Assembly (NCBI RefSeq): GCF_000015225.1 | Contig: NC_008696.1 | Span: 1-31,504 of the forward strand | Source: Thermofilum pendens Hrk 5 | GTDB taxonomy: Archaea > Thermoproteota > Thermoprotei > Thermofilales > Thermofilaceae | Direction: 5' to 3' | DNA: 31,504 bases | Part shown: one piece after another, positions 6,813-13,809 of the stretch | Layout of the letters: every line of letters starts with the position of its first letter | Numbering within the stretch: position 1 is the stretch's first letter | Translations under genes and position numbers: made by a program | The notes under the pieces: model-generated | What the model was told of the DNA's origin: nothing | What the model saw: the letters and a program-made list of their open reading frames with translations, nothing else | Databases searched by the model: none

Positions 6813-7586
6813 TTACTGTCTCCGCGCCGTCGAAAAGCCCCGGCGACCCTTCTTCTGAGAGCCGTAAAGGGCTCGCCTAAGCTCCTCCCTCTCCTTTCTA
6901 ACCTCGGCGATACGCTCATACATCCTAGCAAGCTCTGCCTCGATTTTAGCCGCCCTCGACAGCATCTCCTTGTCCTTGTTATCGTCCCTGAAAACCTCCT
7001 TTCTAAGCTTCATCCAGACGTAGTAGAGCTTCCAATACCTAGAAATGACCGCGTCAACCTCCCTCAGCCTTCCCGCCAGCTCCTTCATCCTCTTCGCCTT
7101 ATACTCCTCCACGAAAGCTTGGAAAGCCTGACGCCCCCACATCTCCCCTCTACCCTCCACTTTCACCCACTTATCGTGTAGATGCGGCGGTACCTCCTTC
7201 TCGGCGTAATGCCTAGCCTCCTCATCCAGCCCCTGCCACTCCCCCCACAGCATCTTCACTTCATCGACAGCCTTTGCGAGCGCAGGTCTCAGCTCCTCCC
7301 AGCTCCTAGCGAAATCATTGAACTGTGCTACAGCCAAGGGGGGCACGCCCGCCACCTCCGCCGTAAGGCTTCCATCGCGCGCCTGAGCTACAGCCTTCTC
7401 CTCGAACACGTTGCTGAGCCCGAGCCTCACGCTGTCCGCCTCGATTTTCTCCTTGAGCGCCTGTCTAACATACTCGCTTACGCTTACGCCGAGCTGAGCC
7501 GCGATGCGCTTAGCCTGCTCGTAAAGCTCACCTTCCAAGACCAAAGGCACGACCTTAGCGTTTCTAAGCTTTTTGGGACGGGGCAT
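6813..7586 (-). CDS. Ribbon-helix-helix (CopG/Arc-like) DNA-binding protein with a long helical C-terminal domain (257 aa)
   Basis: The N-terminus KVVPLVLEGELYEQAKRIAAQLGVSVSEYVRQALKEKI fits a strand-helix-helix pattern. TATA-like TTTATTTG lies ~35 nt upstream. The gene is bracketed by inverted 27-bp palindrome-containing repeats. Confidence 0.75.
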   Translation of the reverse strand: MPRPKKLRNAKVVPLVLEGELYEQAKRIAAQLGVSVSEYVRQALKEKIEADSVRLGLSNVFEEKAVAQARDGSLTAEVAGVPPLAVAQFNDFARSWEELRPALAKAVDEVKMLWGEWQGLDEEARHYAEKEVPPHLHDKWVKVEGRGEMWGRQAFQAFVEEYKAKRMKELAGRLREVDAVISRYWKLYYVWMKLRKEVFRDDNKDKEMLSRAAKIEAELARMYERIAEVRKEREELRRALYGSQKKGRRGFSTARRQ

Positions 7587-7631
7587 AAGCGTTCAAAACA
7601 CACAGCAATGTCCACACAAATAAAGCCATCG

Positions 7632-7647
7632 TTAATTAATTAATTAA
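7632..7647. repeat. (TTAA)4 16-nt palindromic tract
   Basis: ttaattaattaattaa lies immediately upstream (minus strand) of the RHH gene TATA. Confidence 0.8.
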
Positions 7648-7716
7648 CAAATAATCGAAACCCCGGTAAGAAGAAAAAGTAGCCGAGAAGACAGCGCCTC
7701 TGCGCGCCAGTTTTCG

Positions 7717-7732
7717 CCACAAAATTTTGTGG
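7717..7732. promoter_or_regulatory. Palindrome box copy (perfect), right arm of the 27-bp inverted repeat around the RHH gene
   Basis: CCACAAAATTTTGTGGCTAATCCTCCC spans 7717-7743, ~90 nt upstream of the RHH TATA. Confidence 0.9.
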
Positions 7733-7774
7733 CTAATCCTCCCGTTTTTCTTTTCACGGACTTCCCCCTGTTTT

Positions 7775-7849
7775 CCGCTAAAAATCATTTTTACCTTTTA
7801 TGAGCCGCTCCCAGCGCTCCCCGGTAAAACTCGTTTTCATTTTTATGGG
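7775..7849 (+). repeat. Two ~29-nt direct repeats (7775-7804, 7821-7849)
   Basis: ccgcTAAAAaTCaTTTTtaccTTTTATGaG versus ccggTAAAAcTCgTTTTcatTTTTATGgG, both T/A-rich and TATA-like. Confidence 0.7.
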
Positions 7850-7888
7850 TTGTTCTCTGTTTTCTGAGAGTAGGGGGTATGCTGAACC

Positions 7889-7902
7889 GGGGGTATACCC
7901 CC
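7889..7902. repeat. 14-bp perfect palindrome GGGGGTATACCCCC
   Basis: Read directly. Related GGGGGTAT(A/G) words occur at 7873, 8005 and 8013. Confidence 0.8.
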
Positions 7903-8069
7903 AACCCCCTATTATAATAAGTCTAGACTAAAATAGTATAGGGGGTTAATTATATAACTATCCAACCTTCCTAGTCTATTTTAGACCTATTCTTACCGCG
8001 AAAACGGGGGTATAGGGGGTTCTGGGCATACCCCTTTTCTCAACGAGAACAAAAAAGAAAAAACTCATT

Positions 8070-8768
8070 TTAGGCGGGTGTGGGAGCGGGGGCTCCCGCG
8101 GGTGCAGGTGCTCCAGCCATCTCTTTTAGCTTTGCTAGGAGCTGTCTGGCTACAGCCTCGCTTGTGGCGAATTCGACCACGGTTTCCCCCTTAACGTTAT
8201 ATTTGCTGAGAACCTGCTCGATGATGTCGTAGCTTCCCGGGATGTTGTCCACGATAGTCTTGAGGATTCTCGCGGAGACGGTTATAATCTCGGCTACAGC
8301 CTTGCTCATCTCTGCAATTTCGTCATGCTTCCTAGCCGTGGCTAGGGCTAGGGCGCGCTTGAACACCTTCTCCCCCTCTAGGAAGCTCTTGACGTCCTCG
8401 ACGTTCTTGAACAGGCTTACGAGCTGGTACTCCGCCTTGTTCACCTCGACGACGTCGGCCCATAACAGGTGCAATGCTCCCTTGCCCGTGTCAACGCTCG
8501 CCGCTAGGGATTGAGGCGCGTGGAAGAGGTAGCTGGGAGCCATGTGCATGTAGTACCAGCTGGGGAATAGCCGGATGGCTATCTTGGCGGGTATGTTCCA
8601 CCACTTGGAGGCGGCTCTCTTAGCCCTCTTCACCCCGTCGTCCATCTTGTCGAATGTAGAGAAGACGACCTTAGCCACCATGACCAGCTCCGTCTCTAGG
8701 AAGCCCATCTCCTCTATGCGAGCGTAGAGCGCTTTAGCCTCTACGGGGTCGAATACTAGTAGCCACAT
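8070..8768 (-). CDS. Hypothetical protein (232 aa), Ala/Pro-rich C-terminal tail
   Basis: I start it at the ATG at 8768 (MWLLVFDP...), 22 nt downstream of GTTAAAAGG (minus strand). The track start at 8855 would include the promoter. Confidence 0.65.
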   Translation of the reverse strand: MWLLVFDPVEAKALYARIEEMGFLETELVMVAKVVFSTFDKMDDGVKRAKRAASKWWNIPAKIAIRLFPSWYYMHMAPSYLFHAPQSLAASVDTGKGALHLLWADVVEVNKAEYQLVSLFKNVEDVKSFLEGEKVFKRALALATARKHDEIAEMSKAVAEIITVSARILKTIVDNIPGSYDIIEQVLSKYNVKGETVVEFATSEAVARQLLAKLKEMAGAPAPAGAPAPTPA

Positions 8769-8951
8769 ACGATTCTCCCTCGGCGCTCCCCCTTTTAACG
8801 CTATTTCTCTGTGGCTATGCACGGATACACGGGGATACACAAAGATGATGTGCATGAAAATGCACGGGAAAACTTCCTAGGGGGGAGAGGGGGGCTTTCT
8901 TCTCATAAAAAGCGTTTTTAACGCATTTTGCGCGTTTAGAACGGGGGTAAA

Positions 8952-9350
8952 ATGCCCAGAGATAAGAACTACCTGTTCAAGGTGAAGGTTAAGCGGTACA
9001 AGCGGGGAGGGCACGTAGTAGAGATTGTGGCGCGCGGGCAAGGCTTGAAGAGCGCCTACTACCTAATCGACAAGCTCCTAAACAACGAGCTTATCCACTA
9101 CCAGCCCACGAGCGTCGTCCGAAGGCTCAAGAAACGCCAGCGCTTGGAAGGCGGGGGTAAAAGGTTCGTAATCGAGAGCAAGCCGGTCAAGCCGCGCGAG
9201 AAGAAGCCCCCTGAGAACGAAAAGCCACAAAATTTTGAGGCTAATCCGCCGCCATCCCCGCCGGCTCCCGCCGAGGACTCCGAGGAGGAGCTACCCAGCT
9301 TCGTCAAGGGCAATCCTTGGGTCGGGATACTGTCTCAGGGTCGGAGGTAG
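8952..9350 (+). CDS. Basic small protein (132 aa) with a Pro-rich/acidic tail; possible nucleic-acid binding
   Basis: The N-terminal half is Lys/Arg-rich. ATAAAAAG lies ~40 nt upstream and GGGGGT precedes the ATG. A palindrome copy (9225-9240) lies in frame in the tail. Confidence 0.65.
   Translation: MPRDKNYLFKVKVKRYKRGGHVVEIVARGQGLKSAYYLIDKLLNNELIHYQPTSVVRRLKKRQRLEGGGKRFVIESKPVKPREKKPPENEKPQNFEANPPPSPPAPAEDSEEELPSFVKGNPWVGILSQGRR
9225..9240. promoter_or_regulatory. Palindrome box copy (CCACAAAATTTTGAGG, 1 mismatch) inside a CDS tail
   Basis: In frame in 8952..9350, encoding PQNFE. Confidence 0.7.
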
Positions 9351-9502
9351 CGTTTGTTTTGTTTCCTTGAGTGTTTGGATTGTCTTTTCAGCGAAAAAAC
9401 GGTTTTTTAACGGCTTGTCTCGGGCTTTTCCCGTCAATCTAAACGCTGTTTGAAAATCGATTCAACGCTAGGTTTATATGCTTGGTCTGCGGGCGTTTAA
9501 CC

Positions 9503-9862
9503 GTGGCTAGGGAGAAAAACCTCGAAATGCGAAAAGCAATCCTACAGTTATGGAATCAGGGCTTCAGGACGCCTAGGGCTGTGGCGGAACGGTTAGGGGT
9601 GCCTACGGGGAAAGTAAGGTGGTACATGTGGCAGATGCGCCGCGAGGGTCTTCTCCCGAAGAAAGACACGGAGGGAGACCTTTTGGACAAGAGCCTGACG
9701 CTCTTGAAGGGCGCGCTTTTCCACATCTCCTCTACTCGCATCGACATCTACGCCTCAAACCCAAAGCTGGCTGACTCTCTGGCCCGCGCCGAGAACTACG
9801 TGAGGGAAGCCATGGAGTTGATTCAGGTATACAGAAGGATGAAGTGGGTGGTTAACAGGTGA
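9503..9862 (+). CDS. Helix-turn-helix DNA-binding protein (~119 aa)
   Basis: AILQLWNQGFRTPRAVAERLGVPTGKVRWYMWQMRREG is HTH-like. The in-frame GTG at 9503 lies ~26 nt from TTTATATG (9469-9480). Alternative starts are TTG 9482 and ATG 9527. Confidence 0.6.
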   Translation: MAREKNLEMRKAILQLWNQGFRTPRAVAERLGVPTGKVRWYMWQMRREGLLPKKDTEGDLLDKSLTLLKGALFHISSTRIDIYASNPKLADSLARAENYVREAMELIQVYRRMKWVVNR

Positions 9863-10311
9863 AGCGGGAGGACTGGGAGGTCATAGAGGAAGATGAGGAA
9901 ATCGTAGAAGAGGAGGAGGAGCCCGTGGAAGAGGAGGTCGTAGAGGAGGACGAGGAAAGGGTTAACGAGCCGGATGAAGTAGTGATTGCTAAGCCGGAGC
10001 CGAGCCTAGAGAGCTACATGACTCGGACGGAGCTGTTCTTGATGCACGTGTACGAAACAAAGAGGTACTTCAACATGAGCCAAGAGGCTAAGAGGAGGGG
10101 GATGAAACAGCTCGCCTCTCGCTTCCTCAGGGAATCTAGGCAACACTTACGGGTAGCGTTTCACATGTGCCCCTATCGGCCTCACATGTGCCCCTTGTAC
10201 GACGTCTGGACGGGCAAGTGCCCAGTAGGGCTGGAGGACAGGTGCCGCCCGCTGGCATGGTCTAAGGCGAGACCGAAGAAGATACGGGGCTGGTTCAGGA
10301 AGAAAAAGTAA
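9859..10311 (+). CDS. Acidic N-terminus / Cys-His-rich C-terminus protein (150 aa), probable metal binding
   Basis: GTGA overlap with the upstream gene. Contains HMCPYRPHMCPLYDVWTGKCPVGLEDRC. Confidence 0.65.
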   Translation: MKREDWEVIEEDEEIVEEEEEPVEEEVVEEDEERVNEPDEVVIAKPEPSLESYMTRTELFLMHVYETKRYFNMSQEAKRRGMKQLASRFLRESRQHLRVAFHMCPYRPHMCPLYDVWTGKCPVGLEDRCRPLAWSKARPKKIRGWFRKKK

Positions 10312-10343
10312 GCCTGTCTCCCTGAAACGTTAAACGTTTTTTG

Positions 10344-10441
10344 TTTTTATAGAGGCAACAGACGAGAAAGAGATTTCTCCGCTTAATTTATTTTTATTTT
10401 ATAGAGGCAAGAGACGAATAAGAGATTTCTGCGCTTAATTT
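10344..10441. repeat. Tandem direct repeat, two units of ~47-50 nt
   Basis: TATAGAGGCAA(C/G)AGACGA(G/A)(A/T)AAGAGATTTCT(C/G)CGCTTAATTT occurs twice, in the convergent intergenic region between 9859..10311 and 10445..10825. Confidence 0.8.
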
Positions 10442-10444
10442 CAT

Positions 10445-10825
10445 TCATCTGGGGAAGGTGTAGGCGCGGAAGGCGTTGTCCACAAAATTTTGTAGCCTTT
10501 TCTCGCGGAGCCACAGGGCTAGAAGCGCGGTTAGCCGTGCGTAGACCGTCAGCCCCATGAGCCACGAGTAGACGGGTATCTTTACGAAGAAGTCCGCGTC
10601 CCACCACTTCTCCCAGCCCAGCAAGCCGAGCTGGTACCGGTACCACGTGTAGGGGTCTACGCTGTAGCCAAGCGGTATAGCCGCCCATAGGTACGCTAGG
10701 TCGTCGAAGAGCGTGTAGGCGAGGAAGTTCCTCAAAGTAGCGCTCCACGCGTCCTCCAAGCTGACGGCTAGGACTAGGAGCGTGAACAACAGGTGGTAGC
10801 CGGGGGGCTTAACCTCCATGGTCAT
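10445..10825 (-). CDS. Trp/Tyr-rich membrane protein (~126 aa)
   Basis: ATG at 10825 lies ~30 nt from GGTTTATTGAGG (minus strand). The TTG at 10912 used by the track would overlap the divergent gene. A palindrome copy lies in the last 17 codons. Confidence 0.45.
   Translation of the reverse strand: MTMEVKPPGYHLLFTLLVLAVSLEDAWSATLRNFLAYTLFDDLAYLWAAIPLGYSVDPYTWYRYQLGLLGWEKWWDADFFVKIPVYSWLMGLTVYARLTALLALWLREKRLQNFVDNAFRAYTFPR
10480..10495. promoter_or_regulatory. Palindrome box copy (CCACAAAATTTTGTAG, 1 mismatch) near a CDS 3' end
   Basis: Lies within the last 17 codons of 10445..10825. Confidence 0.7.
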
Positions 10826-10898
10826 GTACGCGTCGAACACGGTGAGTACCGCCGCCCTCAATAAACCGTTAAATAGGCCTCTAAACACGTCTAAAGCG

Positions 10899-12032
10899 AT
10901 GCGTATGGACAAGAAAAAGCTGTTGGTAGTAGCGTTACTGCTAGCAGTTGTAGCCGGAGCCGTCTACCTCGCACACCTAGACGCCGACAAGAGGGAGGTG
11001 CCCTCCGAGACCATCGACACAGGCAAGTACATAGACGCCTACGTCTCCGTCTACGTCAACGGTAGGCTCGCGGCTACCCAGAGGATGCACAGCTTTACGA
11101 GCGCCTTCTCCTACCTAGCGCCCATAGCGTTCACGCCTACCTCCAGCTTCACGCAGACTTCCACGTTTACCGGAGTGGTGGAGCCCGTCTCCGCGTACGG
11201 CGCGGCGCTGACCCCGGGGAGCTACAGCTGGATACTGCAGAAGGGCAGGTTCTACGGGTGTCCGGCGAGCGCGGCGAGCCCGTGGCAGGTAGCCATAACG
11301 CAGACCCCGCTTCCTAGGCTGGTGGCGGTCTTCTACAACACGTCCGGCTCGAAGATAGGGGAGGCGGTTTTCTCCGGTACGAGCGTAGACCTAGCGAACA
11401 AGGTGGTGAACGCTACCGGCACGGTGCTGTACTTAACCGCGAGCTTCACCTACACCGGTGCTACGGCCACCAATATAAAGGAGGTGCACTTGGCTAGACC
11501 CACCGGACAGGTATACTCGCTGGCACCCGGGGCTTCGTGCGGCGGGATGAGGATTACTAACGACTCGTTCGCCACGGCTATAACCGTCAACCCCAACGAC
11601 GTCGTTACAGTCGTCTACACCTTCTACTTTAAGAAGCCCCTGACCACCAACTTCGCCTACATGTTCCTAGCATTCCTCTACAACGCGAAAGACCAAGTCG
11701 TGCCGCTCAACGCTACGGACGGCTCCACCTTCACCTTCAACGTCGCCGTCGCCGTCCCCATAAACACCACCATATCTGTCTTCACGTCGAGCGGCACCGT
11801 CTCCGTGAAGGAGCCAACCGTCACCGTGGGCCCGGGGGTATGGGCGCTGAGCCAAGCCTTCAAGTTCACCAGCAACGACTACGTGACTAGGATACAGCTG
11901 AGGGTTAGGTTCGAGAACGGGAAGGACGTCGTGATAGTGGACTACGTGCCGAGCCAGCCGATACCCGTCAAGCCCGATAGGCCCTACATCTTCAGCGTGA
12001 GCTTCAGCTACCCCTTTGTAAACAAGCCTTAA
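10899..12032 (+). CDS. Secreted or membrane-anchored Thr/Ser/Val-rich beta-type protein (377 aa), candidate structural/adhesion glycoprotein
   Basis: ATG lies 21 nt after TTAAATAGG. There is an N-terminal hydrophobic anchor (KKLLVVALLLAVVAGAVYLA) and about five N-x-S/T sequons. Confidence 0.7.
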   Translation: MRMDKKKLLVVALLLAVVAGAVYLAHLDADKREVPSETIDTGKYIDAYVSVYVNGRLAATQRMHSFTSAFSYLAPIAFTPTSSFTQTSTFTGVVEPVSAYGAALTPGSYSWILQKGRFYGCPASAASPWQVAITQTPLPRLVAVFYNTSGSKIGEAVFSGTSVDLANKVVNATGTVLYLTASFTYTGATATNIKEVHLARPTGQVYSLAPGASCGGMRITNDSFATAITVNPNDVVTVVYTFYFKKPLTTNFAYMFLAFLYNAKDQVVPLNATDGSTFTFNVAVAVPINTTISVFTSSGTVSVKEPTVTVGPGVWALSQAFKFTSNDYVTRIQLRVRFENGKDVVIVDYVPSQPIPVKPDRPYIFSVSFSYPFVNKP

Positions 12033-12043
12033 GGCGAGGAGGG

Positions 12044-12730
12044 ATGAGGAGGAGCGTAGTAGCGCTACCGCTACTACTCCTAGCCCTGCTAACCGTCAAC
12101 GCCGTGCCGGTCAACCCTCCAGCCTACACACTGGGAGTCAGCGTGACGCTTGGAGGAGAGGAGGTGCCCGAGCCCGTAGCCGTCGTGTTGAGGGTGGCTT
12201 TCAACAAGACGCTCACGGTCAGGTTCATCGGGGAGTCCAACGGGGAGAAGGTCGGGCTAACCGTAGCGTACAAGGTTAACGGCACGGAGAGGACTGCCAC
12301 CGCCGGCGTGGACGCGTTGAACGTGACCGCGGCTTACATCACGCCTATCATATACGTATTCACGGTGCCCCAGAACGTCACGGTGGGAGGGACAACCTAC
12401 AAGCTGAGCAATAGCTCGACGGCTACGGTTGACCCCGTATCTACGGACACCGTGCTCTTCGTCTACACCGCTCCGTCCACGGCTCCGCCTAGCGGTGGCG
12501 GTGGAAACCAGCCCACGGCTCCGACGATGCCGTCTCAGCCCTCCATCAACACTCCATCGGAGAAGAGTAGGATAAACCTAGGCGAGCTTCTGGTCTGGGT
12601 TCAAGGGGTCTTAGCATGGCTGATGGAGCACCCCGAGTACCTACTGCTGATAGTCCTAGCCCTGCTCGTAGTGCTGGTAGCCTACTACCTGAAGAAGAGG
12701 CGGGAGGAGCTGGTCATAGAGATAGGGTAA
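12044..12730 (+). CDS. Secreted protein with signal peptide, Pro/Gly/Ser linker and C-terminal TM anchor (228 aa)
   Basis: GGAGGG precedes the ATG. It has a signal-like N-terminus, about five sequons, and a C-terminal hydrophobic helix followed by KKRREE. Confidence 0.75.
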   Translation: MRRSVVALPLLLLALLTVNAVPVNPPAYTLGVSVTLGGEEVPEPVAVVLRVAFNKTLTVRFIGESNGEKVGLTVAYKVNGTERTATAGVDALNVTAAYITPIIYVFTVPQNVTVGGTTYKLSNSSTATVDPVSTDTVLFVYTAPSTAPPSGGGGNQPTAPTMPSQPSINTPSEKSRINLGELLVWVQGVLAWLMEHPEYLLLIVLALLVVLVAYYLKKRREELVIEIG

Positions 12731-12734
12731 AGGA

Positions 12735-12751
12735 AAAACGATAGGTTTTTT
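12735..12751 (+). promoter_or_regulatory. Plus-strand promoter/terminator motif AAAACGATAGGTTTTTT
   Basis: Lies 4 nt after the stop of 12044..12730 and 25 nt before ATG 12776. Confidence 0.6.
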
Positions 12752-12775
12752 CTCCGGTTTTCCGCCCGTTTACAC

Positions 12776-13279
12776 ATGCGCAGGTTAATCGAGCTTGTAA
12801 AGGTGTTGAGGAAGCATAAGAGGGTGCTGAAAGCCGGCACCGCCTTCGCGGCTAGCGTCGTAGCCCTAGGCGTCCTGTGGGTTACAAGCCCACTGCACTT
12901 CCTCTTCGCGCTCTATGTGGTCACGGGGCTCCTCTTCCTAGCCGTCCTCCACGGCTTGGACAAGACCTTCGCCTTCCTCCCCTTCGCGCTCATGGTCTTC
13001 CTAATCACGGGGTTGACGGGGCTCTCGGCTCTACTGCTGACGGGCAGTTACGGGCTACACCGCTACGACCTCCAGCTCCAGATAGTCGCGGGAAGCATAG
13101 CCGCCGTTACGGCGTACCTCTCGGTTTACTGGCTCGTGCCCCGGGGCAAGTTCGAGGTGATAGAGGGCTACGGGGAGCAGTTCCTCGACGAGGTAAGAAG
13201 GGTCTTCGAGAGGCCCCCTGACGAGAGGAAGGTCTTGGAGGCTAAGAAGGCTCTCAAGGCGGGGGCGAGCCCCCTGTGA
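12776..13279 (+). CDS. Membrane protein (167 aa, ~4 TM helices)
   Basis: ATG lies ~25 nt after promoter motif AAAACGATAGGTTTTTT (12735-12751). Confidence 0.7.
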   Translation: MRRLIELVKVLRKHKRVLKAGTAFAASVVALGVLWVTSPLHFLFALYVVTGLLFLAVLHGLDKTFAFLPFALMVFLITGLTGLSALLLTGSYGLHRYDLQLQIVAGSIAAVTAYLSVYWLVPRGKFEVIEGYGEQFLDEVRRVFERPPDERKVLEAKKALKAGASPL

Positions 13280-13575
13280 GCGAGAAGAAATGCGAGGTGA
13301 TGAGCTTCGGCGAGTGGGTTCAGCTTTACGGAGGCGGTGTCAGGGAGTACTTCGAGTACTTGGTGCTGGAGATGGTGAGGCAGAGGGGGGAGGTGTCGCT
13401 CACGGCGATAATGGACGAGCTGAGGAGGCAGGCCGACGGGGATAAGCGGGTCAGGGCGTGGTATACCCCCCAGAGGGTCGTGACGCTCCTCGCAATCATG
13501 GCTAAACAGGGGAAGATAAGGCTCAAGCTCGTGGGCAGTAAGCGGGTGGTCGAGGATGGGAGAAGAGGTGCCTAG
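13276..13575 (+). CDS. Winged-helix-like DNA-binding protein (99 aa)
   Basis: GTGA overlap with the upstream gene. LVLEMVRQRGEVSLTAIMDELRR...RVVTLLAIMAKQGKIRL resembles a MarR-type wHTH. Confidence 0.5.
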   Translation: MSEKKCEVMSFGEWVQLYGGGVREYFEYLVLEMVRQRGEVSLTAIMDELRRQADGDKRVRAWYTPQRVVTLLAIMAKQGKIRLKLVGSKRVVEDGRRGA

Positions 13576-13774
13576 GTGCTTCTGCGGGGAGGTAGCCGTT
13601 ATACGCGTGGGTGACGTACTGCTCTGCAAGAACCACTGGCGCAAGGTGCTCGGTGCTCTAGCCAAGATTGGCGACTCGCGGGGGGAGGCTACCTTGGAGG
13701 ACGTGAAGGTGGAGGGCGGGGAGCTGGTGCTGAGGGTGTCGGGTCGTATAATCAAGGTTAGGGAAAAGCGATAG
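13556..13774 (+). CDS. Small Cys/His protein (72 aa; CxC...CxxH)
   Basis: Overlaps the upstream gene by 20 nt. Contains CFCGEVAVIRVGDVLLCKNHW. Confidence 0.5.
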   Translation: MGEEVPRCFCGEVAVIRVGDVLLCKNHWRKVLGALAKIGDSRGEATLEDVKVEGGELVLRVSGRIIKVREKR

Positions 13775-13782
13775 AGATTTTA
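13764..13782 (+). promoter_or_regulatory. Plus-strand promoter motif variant AAAAGCGATAGAGATTTTA
   Basis: Overlaps the stop of 13556..13774 and lies 24 nt before GTG 13806. Confidence 0.55.
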
Positions 13783-13793
13783 ACCCCCGTTTT

Positions 13794-13809
13794 CCACAAA
13801 AATTTGTGG
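13794..13809. promoter_or_regulatory. Palindrome box copy (CCACAAAAATTTGTGG, 1 mismatch) overlapping a start codon
   Basis: Lies between the TATA-like motif (13764-13782) and the GTG start at 13806, and includes that start. Confidence 0.75.

Noticed and set aside
7632-7647. (TTAA)4 as a transposon target or insertion scar.
   Set aside because: It sits exactly upstream of the RHH TATA box with no flanking inverted repeats. It is more simply an AT-rich promoter-proximal element.
8769-8855. N-terminal extensions in the ORF track: 8070..8855, 4677..5198, 5211..5609, 26940..27542, 18459..18881, 14845..15402 and 10818..12032.
   Set aside because: Each extension runs through a TATA box, a palindrome box or a repeat arm. 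An internal start codon then sits at the 20-35-nt distance from the TATA that is seen at other genes here.
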